DNA of 64,000 bases from assembly GCA_016794025.1 (NCBI GenBank), contig JAEUKX010000027.1, positions 11,222 through 75,221 of the forward strand, read 5' to 3'. This DNA is from Rhodospirillales bacterium. GTDB taxonomy: Bacteria; Pseudomonadota; Alphaproteobacteria; CACIAM-22H2. The notes beneath the pieces were generated by a model, which was not told where the DNA came from, did not search any database, and saw nothing but the letters and a program-made list of their open reading frames with translations. A program made the position numbers and the translations under genes. This document shows positions 58,584 to 64,000 of the stretch, piece by piece (within the stretch, counting starts at the first letter, position 1; every line of letters begins with the position of its first letter).

Positions 58584-58628
58584 CTGCGGAGATATTTTAA
58601 GTCTAAAATATCCGCAGTGACCGGGCAA
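58584..58628 (-). promoter_or_regulatory. Candidate promoter and overlapping inverted-repeat operator of the acyl-CoA operon
   Basis: Minus strand reads TTGCCC-N17-TAGACT. The inverted repeat CTGCGGATATTTTA-GACT-TAAAATAT(CT)CCGCAG (58584-58617) covers the spacer and the -10 box. Confidence 0.45.
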
Positions 58629-58640
58629 GGCTGGCGTCGA

Positions 58641-59309
58641 CTATTTGTGGAATTGCGGCTCCCCGCCCGAGGCGGGCCGGAGTGTGCGGGGCTGCCAGGT
58701 CGGAACGGACCGGCCTGCGCCGGACGACGCCGGAAGTCGTCCCTCGATCTCGACGACGGATACGAAACGGATTTCTCCCGGTTCCATCGCCGCGAAGGGG
58801 AGCGTAAGGCGATGCCAGTCGTCCAGACCGCCGCTCGCCGGCGCCTGAACGTGCCGCGTATAGACCGGTGTCCGCCGCTCGCGCGCCATGACATAGACAA
58901 CATGTGCAAGCAGGGGCCCGATCGAGCGTCGCGCGCGCGTCACGTCGCGGATTGTTGCGCCTTCCCAATTTGGCCCGATATGTTCGGCCAGTCGCGAGCC
59001 GATGACTTTGTAGCGCATGTCGTTCGAGCCCGGCACGGGATCGACAATGGTCGCGCGCGTGACGGCGGCCCGGAAATCCTCGGTCCTGAAATCGCTCCAG
59101 TCCGGGATCTGCCGGTCCTCGCGCAAGGCATGCCAATGCATGAGGCAATCGCGCAGGAGCTGGATCGGGAGGCGATCGGGCGCAGGCTCCCAGGATACGA
59201 CCGGCGGTGACAGGCGTGTAAACCGGGCCAGGATACTATGGTCCTCGCGTACCAGCGCGGCGCGCACCTCGTCGAAAGCGGCGTCGAGGTCGTCGATCTG
59301 CATACCCAC
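58641..59309 (-). CDS. PAS_5 (DUF1457)-like protein of unknown function
   Basis: 222 aa. The pattern (LLRDCLMHWHALREDRQIPDWSDF...MRYKVIGSRLAEHIG...) resembles the small alphaproteobacterial PAS_5 family from memory. GTG start with GGAGAA 5 nt upstream. Confidence 0.5.
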   Translation of the reverse strand: MGMQIDDLDAAFDEVRAALVREDHSILARFTRLSPPVVSWEPAPDRLPIQLLRDCLMHWHALREDRQIPDWSDFRTEDFRAAVTRATIVDPVPGSNDMRYKVIGSRLAEHIGPNWEGATIRDVTRARRSIGPLLAHVVYVMARERRTPVYTRHVQAPASGGLDDWHRLTLPFAAMEPGEIRFVSVVEIEGRLPASSGAGRSVPTWQPRTLRPASGGEPQFHK

Positions 59310-59330
59310 CGTGCTTCTCCGATTGTATGT

Positions 59331-59349
59331 AAAATTGTGCTACAATTTT
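59331..59349. promoter_or_regulatory. Perfect inverted repeat in the divergent PAS_5 / E1-like intergenic region
   Basis: AAAATTGT-GCT-ACAATTTT, 22-40 nt upstream of the PAS_5-like start, in an AT-rich tract. Confidence 0.4.
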
Positions 59350-59511
59350 CAATATTATACCGGCTTGCCGAATCGGATGAAAGTGAACGCGGCGAAAATT
59401 CCGGCCGCTTCCCTGTATCCTGTGGAAGGTTTTGCGCAATTGTGTAAATGGTGCACACCATGATTGCTGCCGCGCTTCGCGGCGGGCGCATGCTCGGCTA
59501 GGATCGGCGCC

Positions 59512-61902
59512 ATGGCGATCCCCAGACCGTTCGCGACACCTGTCCCGCAGTCGCGCCGCCCTGCGACCCCTGCGCCGGGCGCGATGCCATCGGCAACGGA
59601 CCTGACGATACTCAAGGCGATCGAGCAGAAGGTCCTCTGGCTGTCCAGCTGGACGATCCACCATGCCAACAAGATCCGCCCGTCGCGCGACGGGCTCAAG
59701 GTCGGCGGCCATCAGGCATCGTCCGCGTCACTCGCGACGCTCATGACGGCGCTCTACTGCTCGGTACTGCGTCCCGAAGATCGTGTTGCGGTCAAACCGC
59801 ACGCCTCGCCCGTCTTCCATGCGATCCAGTACCTGTTCGGGCATCAGTCCCTGGAGAATCTCGAGCGGTTCCGCGCGCTTGGCGGCGCGCAGAGCTACCC
59901 CTCGCGCACGAAAGACGCTGACGACGTGGACTTTTCCACCGGGTCGGTCGGGCTCGGCGTTGCGCAGACGCTGTTCGCTTCGATCACGCAGGACTATGTA
60001 CGCCTCAAGGGGCTTGGCGCGCCGGATTGGGCGCAAGGCCGGATGATCGCGCTCGTCGGCGATGCCGAATTCGACGAAGGCAACATCTTCGAGGCGATGC
60101 TCGAAGGCTGGAAGCACGACGTTCGGAACCTGTGGTGGGTGATCGACTACAACCGGCAGAGCCTCGACAGCACCGTGTCCGATCATCTTTTCCAGCGCAT
60201 TGTCGGCACTTTCGAATCGATCGGCTGGCGCGTGATCGTCCTCAAGTACGGCAAGCTGCTGGAAGCCGCCTTCGCGCGGCCGGGCGGGGAGGCACTGCGC
60301 CGTTGGATCGACGATTGCCCGAACTCGCTCTATTCGGCCCTGACCTACAAGGGGGGCGCCGCGTGGCGCGAGTATCTGACACGGGATCTGGGCGGCGATG
60401 CCGGCGTCCGCGAGATACTGGCCTCGATCAACGACGACGATGCGCTGCATCGGCTCATGACGAACCTTGCGGGCCACGACATGGAGAGCGTGCTCGAAGG
60501 TTACGCCGATGCGGCATCGACAGATCGCCCGACGGTGATCGTCGCCTACACGATTAAGGGGCACGGGCTTGCCTTCGCCGGACACAAGGACAACCATGCC
60601 GGCCTGATGAGCGAGGCGCAGATCGACGGCCTGCGGCGGTCGATGCGTATCCCGGAGGGGCAGGAGTGGGCCCGTTTCGCCGGGCTCGAAGATCCGGACG
60701 CGGTTCGCCGGTATCTGGCGGACGTACCTTTTGCGAAGCGGTTTCCGCGCCGGTTCGCGCGGCAGCCCGTGCCGGTGCCTGCCGATTTTCCTATACCGTC
60801 CTTCGACCGGGCAGCCAGCACGCAGGAAGGTTTCGGCCGGGTCCTGTTCGATCTTGCCGGTGGCACGAGCGATCTTGCCGGGCGGATCGTCACGACCTCG
60901 CCCGACGTCACTGTTTCGACAAATCTCGGGGGCTGGGTCAATCGTCGCGGGATATTCGACCGGTACGACCGTGCCGATACCTTCAAGTCGGAGAAGGTCG
61001 TCTCGGCGCAGGCTTGGAACATGAGCCCCGCGGGCCAGCATGTCGAGTTGGGCATCGCGGAGAACAACCTTTTCCTGATGCTCGGCGCGCTGGGGCTTTC
61101 CGCAGATCTCTTCGGCGCGCGTCTTCTGCCTGTCGGAACGCTCTATGATCCGTTCATCAATCGCGGTCTCGATGCGCTGAACTACGCCTGTTATCAGGAC
61201 TCGCGCTTCATCGTCGTCGCGACGCCTTCGGGTGTGACGCTTGCGCCGGAAGGCGGCGCGCACCAGTCGGTCGGCACGCCGCTGGTCGGCATGGGAACGC
61301 CCGGTCTGGTCCATTTCGAGCCTGCCTTCGTCGACGAACTCGGCCATATCCTGAAATGGGCGTTCGGCCATATCCAGGCGCCGGAGGGGCGCTCGGTCTA
61401 TCTGCGTCTCTCCACGCGCGCGCTTTCCCAGCCGGTGCGGACCGACGCTTCTTGGGTCAACGGGTGTCTGGCCGGCGCCTACTGGCTTGTCGAGCCTTCA
61501 CCTGATGCCGAGATTGCGGTGATCTATTCGGGCGCCGTTGCTCCTGAGGCCATCGCCGCGCATCTCCAGCTCTGCGAGGATATCCCGGGCGCAGGACTGC
61601 TGGCCGTCACGTCGCCCGACCGCCTGCATGCCGGCTGGCGTGCGGACGGGGACTTAAGTCACGCGGCGCGCCTGCTGGCGCACCTCTCGCCGGATGCGGC
61701 GCTTGTCAGTGTCGTCGACGGCCATCCGGCGACGCTCTCGTGGATCGGCAGCGTCGGCGGCCGCGATCTCGTTGCGCTGGGAGTTGAGGATTTCGGGCAG
61801 TCCGGCGATATCCCGGACATCTATCGCGTCAAGGCGATCGATGCCGAGGCGATCCTCGGTGCTGCGGCACGCGCGTTGGTCGCGCGGATTTCGCGCAAAT
61901 GA
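59512..61902 (+). CDS. Thiamine-diphosphate-dependent E1-component-like enzyme (AceE / transketolase superfamily), no E2/E3 nearby
   Basis: ThDP motif GDAEFDEGNIFEAMLEGWKHDVRNLWWVIDYN. N-terminal LKVGGHQASSASLATLMTALY as in homodimeric pyruvate dehydrogenase E1. About 796 aa from the ATG at 59512. Confidence 0.75.
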   Translation: MAIPRPFATPVPQSRRPATPAPGAMPSATDLTILKAIEQKVLWLSSWTIHHANKIRPSRDGLKVGGHQASSASLATLMTALYCSVLRPEDRVAVKPHASPVFHAIQYLFGHQSLENLERFRALGGAQSYPSRTKDADDVDFSTGSVGLGVAQTLFASITQDYVRLKGLGAPDWAQGRMIALVGDAEFDEGNIFEAMLEGWKHDVRNLWWVIDYNRQSLDSTVSDHLFQRIVGTFESIGWRVIVLKYGKLLEAAFARPGGEALRRWIDDCPNSLYSALTYKGGAAWREYLTRDLGGDAGVREILASINDDDALHRLMTNLAGHDMESVLEGYADAASTDRPTVIVAYTIKGHGLAFAGHKDNHAGLMSEAQIDGLRRSMRIPEGQEWARFAGLEDPDAVRRYLADVPFAKRFPRRFARQPVPVPADFPIPSFDRAASTQEGFGRVLFDLAGGTSDLAGRIVTTSPDVTVSTNLGGWVNRRGIFDRYDRADTFKSEKVVSAQAWNMSPAGQHVELGIAENNLFLMLGALGLSADLFGARLLPVGTLYDPFINRGLDALNYACYQDSRFIVVATPSGVTLAPEGGAHQSVGTPLVGMGTPGLVHFEPAFVDELGHILKWAFGHIQAPEGRSVYLRLSTRALSQPVRTDASWVNGCLAGAYWLVEPSPDAEIAVIYSGAVAPEAIAAHLQLCEDIPGAGLLAVTSPDRLHAGWRADGDLSHAARLLAHLSPDAALVSVVDGHPATLSWIGSVGGRDLVALGVEDFGQSGDIPDIYRVKAIDAEAILGAAARALVARISRK

Positions 61903-61905
61903 AAA

Positions 61906-61939
61906 GGGGCCCCGCCGGCGCGCGGGACCCCTCGTTTTT
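61906..61939. terminator. Bidirectional Rho-independent terminator
   Basis: GGGGCCCCGC-CGGCGC-GCGGGACCCC with TCGTTTTT on the plus strand and CTTTTC on the minus strand. Sits between the convergent E1-like and flagellin genes. Confidence 0.75.
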
Positions 61940-61977
61940 GGCCCGGTGGTCTTGTCGACGTCGGTCCTTCGCGTGAC

Positions 61978-62799
61978 TTAGCGGAAGAGTCCGAGAAGCA
62001 CGGAAGGCTGCTGGTTGGCAATCGACAGCGACTGGATGCCGAGCTGCTGGCGAACCTGCAGCGCCTGCACCGCAGCGGCCGCCTTGCCGATGTCGGCGTC
62101 GACGATGGCGCCAAGGCCGGTCGTCGTGGAGTCGACGATCGCGTTGACGAAGTTCGACTGGAGCGTCAACGAGCGGGTTTCCGCTGCGTTGGTGCCCAGC
62201 GAGCTCGCCACCGCCTGCTGGAACGTGTTGAGCGACGTCAGCGCCAGCGTCGCCTGCGAGGCCGAAGCCACCGACGATGTTGCGAACGTGGTGAACGCCG
62301 CGTTGACCGACGATTGCGAGGTCATCGTCAACGTCGTCGCCGTGGTGTCGGCAAGGAACGTCTTGGCTGCCGAGGCGGCCGAGAGGAGGTTCGTGCCGTT
62401 GTAATTCGCCTGACTGATGAAGTTGGCGATCTGCGAGGTCATCGCGTTGAAGTCGGCGGTGTAGATCGTGCGCTGGTTGGCGCTGATCGACCCGTCGGCC
62501 AGCTGCGTGATCTTGGCCTGCAGGTTGCCAATGAGATCCGAGACGTTGGTGAGTGCGGCCTGCGTGACGGAGCCGAGGCCCACGCCGTTGGCAAGCGAGC
62601 CCTGCACGGCGGTGTACGCCTGCAGGTTGCCGCGGATACCCTGCGCCACCGAAAAGGTCGAGGCATCGTCCGCCGCGTCGGCGACGCGGTAGCCGGTCTG
62701 GACCTGCTTGGAGGCGACGTTAAGCGCCGTTTGGGTAATACGCAGCGACGACAATGCGAGCATTGCGCCCACATTGGTATTGACAGAGTTAGCTGCCAT
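61978..62799 (-). CDS. Flagellin (short, Caulobacter type)
   Basis: MAANSVNTNVGAMLAL... N-terminus and QQLGIQSLSIANQQPSVLLGLFR C-terminus. 273 aa. Confidence 0.93.
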   Translation of the reverse strand: MAANSVNTNVGAMLALSSLRITQTALNVASKQVQTGYRVADAADDASTFSVAQGIRGNLQAYTAVQGSLANGVGLGSVTQAALTNVSDLIGNLQAKITQLADGSISANQRTIYTADFNAMTSQIANFISQANYNGTNLLSAASAAKTFLADTTATTLTMTSQSSVNAAFTTFATSSVASASQATLALTSLNTFQQAVASSLGTNAAETRSLTLQSNFVNAIVDSTTTGLGAIVDADIGKAAAAVQALQVRQQLGIQSLSIANQQPSVLLGLFR

Positions 62800-62984
62800 T
62801 TTTGGTCCCCTTCTGGTCTATGTGGTTTCGACTTCTGTCGAACCTGGAACCCATGCTGTTCAAGTGTCCGGATTTTCCGGAAAATTGAACTGGCTACGCC
62901 GTGCCCATGAGTTACCGAGCAATGTCATACTACCGGAAAAGATGCGGACCCCGCAAGCCATTGAATACAAATGATTTAGTCACG

Positions 62985-63028
62985 TATTTAATTCTTTATT
63001 TATTAAAATTAAAAATATTTAATTAAAA
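62985..63028. other. Extreme AT tract between the two flagellin genes
   Basis: 43 of 44 nt are A/T (TATTTAATTCTTTATTTATTAAAATTAAAAATATTTAATTAAAA) in an otherwise GC-rich window. Contains palindromes AAATATTT and TTAATTAA. Confidence 0.9.
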
Positions 63029-63073
63029 CCTATAACACCCTTTGTCGGAGCGCCTGAAAAAACGACGGAAAGG

Positions 63074-63907
63074 CTAGCGGAAAAGGGCGCCGAGCGAGCC
63101 CGGTTGGCTGTTGGCGATCGCCAGGCTCGAAAACGCAAGCTGCTGGCCGACGCCACGCGCCGAAGACTGGGCGGCGGCGGCCCCGATGTCGGCATCAACG
63201 AGCGCGCCCAATCCGGTCGTGATTGCGTCAATCTTCGCGTTGTTCTGGTTCGACTGCTGGACAAGCGTCCGCGTCTCCGCCGCGTTCTGGCCCGAGGCCT
63301 GCCCGAGCGTGTTCTGAAAGGTCTGCAGCGCGCCAAGCGAGGCGAGCGCGCCGGCGGAACTTGTCGTGTCGATCGCGCCCTGCAGGGTCGCCAGACCGGT
63401 GCCCACCTGCCCCTGACCCGAGACGGTCAGCGAGCTGCCGTTCGTGTCCGCAACAAAGCTTGTCGATCCCGCGGCAGGCTGCAGCAGGTTCGTGCCGTTG
63501 TAGCTCGCCTGCTGGACCGTCGTCTGGAGCTGGGCGGTGAGGGCCTGGACATCGGCCGAATAGATCGCGCGCTGGTCGGCGGAAATCGACCCGTCGGCGA
63601 GGCTGGTGAGCTTCTGCTGGATCTGGTTGCTCAGGTCGGATGCCTGGCTGATCGCCGACTGCGTGACCGCGCCGAGGCCGACGCCATTTGCCAGCGAGCT
63701 CTGGACGGCGCCGAACGATTGCAGGTCGCCGCGGATGCCCTGGGCGACCGCAAAGATGGAGGCGTTATCGGCCGCATCGGCAACGCGAAGCGCGGTCTGC
63801 AGCTGCTTCTGCGCAACCTGCAGGCCGGCCTGCTGCGTGCGGGCGGATGAAAGCGCCCGCAGGGATGCCGCGTTGGTGTTGATCGAGTTGCTGACCGTGC
63901 TTGCCAT
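63074..63907 (-). CDS. Flagellin (second tandem copy)
   Basis: MASTVSNSINTNAASLRAL... and QQLAFSSLAIANSQPGSLGALFR. 277 aa. Confidence 0.93.
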   Translation of the reverse strand: MASTVSNSINTNAASLRALSSARTQQAGLQVAQKQLQTALRVADAADNASIFAVAQGIRGDLQSFGAVQSSLANGVGLGAVTQSAISQASDLSNQIQQKLTSLADGSISADQRAIYSADVQALTAQLQTTVQQASYNGTNLLQPAAGSTSFVADTNGSSLTVSGQGQVGTGLATLQGAIDTTSSAGALASLGALQTFQNTLGQASGQNAAETRTLVQQSNQNNAKIDAITTGLGALVDADIGAAAAQSSARGVGQQLAFSSLAIANSQPGSLGALFR

Positions 63908-63957
63908 GGGCGCATTTTACAACGGGTCGGCCCGGCTGGGGAGTCCGGACTTGACAT

Positions 63958-63988
63958 ACAAAACGGGGGCGGCCTTTCGGCCGCCCCC
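63958..63988 (-). terminator. Rho-independent terminator of a minus-strand gene lying beyond the window end
   Basis: Minus strand reads GGGGGCGGCC-GAAA-GGCCGCCCCC followed by GTTTTG. Confidence 0.8.
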
Positions 63989-64000
63989 GTCCGAGGCGTG

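Noticed and set aside
62891-62907. Sigma54-type promoter for the first flagellin gene (minus strand TGGGCACGGCGTAGCCA).
   Set aside because: GGCAC is good, but the downstream GC is one nucleotide too close (GG-to-GC spacing of 9 instead of 10), and the TTGC element reads AGCC. Sigma54 spacing is strict, so the site is not called.
62985-63028. CtrA boxes (TTAA-N7-TTAA) inside the AT tract between the flagellin genes.
   Set aside because: Several TTAA tetramers are present, but none are spaced exactly 11 bp start to start. In a 98% A/T tract, TTAA occurs by composition alone.
63908-63957. Sigma28-like (TCAA-N14-GCCGGGCC) or sigma54-like (GGCCG-N5-TTGT) promoter in front of the second flagellin gene.
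   Set aside because: Both matches are weak. The sigma54-like element would leave no room for a leader or TSS before the ATG, and the sigma28-like -10 lacks the GCCGATAA core.
1-64000. Mobile elements, prophage, CRISPR arrays and defence systems (retron, CBASS, TA, RM).
   Set aside because: I saw no transposase, integrase, reverse transcriptase, Cas, nuclease-NTPase pair, direct-repeat array or tRNA attachment site. Apart from short AT-rich promoter regions, composition looks uniform.

Overview
This is a GC-rich chromosomal segment of alphaproteobacterial type: short Caulobacter-type flagellins ending in LFR, pstSCAB-phoU-phoB, and 4-nt ATGA gene couplings. I found no rRNA, tRNA, CRISPR array, transposase, integrase or obvious defence genes. 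All calls come from reading the ORF translations and the DNA by eye; no database search was run.

Gene content, left to right:
- 3' end of a LivK-like binding-protein gene.
- A ugpBAECQ-like ABC/phosphodiesterase operon carrying an extra EEP phosphoesterase.
- pstS-pstC-pstA-pstB-phoU-phoB.
- An amidase, then a minus-strand dpp/opp-like peptide ABC operon with an M81 (MlrC-like) peptidase.
- A second amidase and an MFS transporter.
- A MarR / GGT-family / NUDIX operon, divergent from an alpha/beta-hydrolase / ACAD-fold / acyl-CoA-synthetase operon.
- A MarC-family membrane protein, puuE, and a third amidase.
- potFGHI-like polyamine uptake.
- An M23 peptidase overlapping a bactofilin gene.
- An SDR, then ureDABCEFG with an M20 amidohydrolase directly behind it.
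- A soluble PAS histidine kinase and an orphan ABC ATPase.
- uraD-hiuH-puuD (urate catabolism), a DMT transporter, a Sel1 protein and a tiny secreted Lys-rich protein.
- A long translationally coupled minus-strand acyl-CoA operon: SDR, MarR, crotonase, ACAD, CWC Cys-rich protein, OYE/4Fe-4S/FN3 reductase, aryl-CoA-ligase-like enzyme, then a second crotonase.
- A PAS_5-like protein divergent from an orphan ThDP E1-like enzyme.
- Two tandem flagellin genes.

Most interesting for follow-up:
1. A 39-codon ORF at 51693..51812 (-). Its ribosome-binding region is a perfect 17-nt complement of the 16S rRNA 3' tail, and the ORF is followed by a hairpin and an 11-bp-stem terminator.
2. The acyl-CoA operon, with a FadH-like FMN/FeS reductase that carries an FN3 domain instead of an NAD(P)H module, next to an 8-Cys CWC protein.
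3. An 11-bp-phased Pho-box-like array in front of the ugp-like/EEP operon.
4. Dense palindromes and GANTC sites upstream of the M23-bactofilin pair.

No clearly novel multi-gene system, such as a defence or mobile system, can be asserted from sequence alone.
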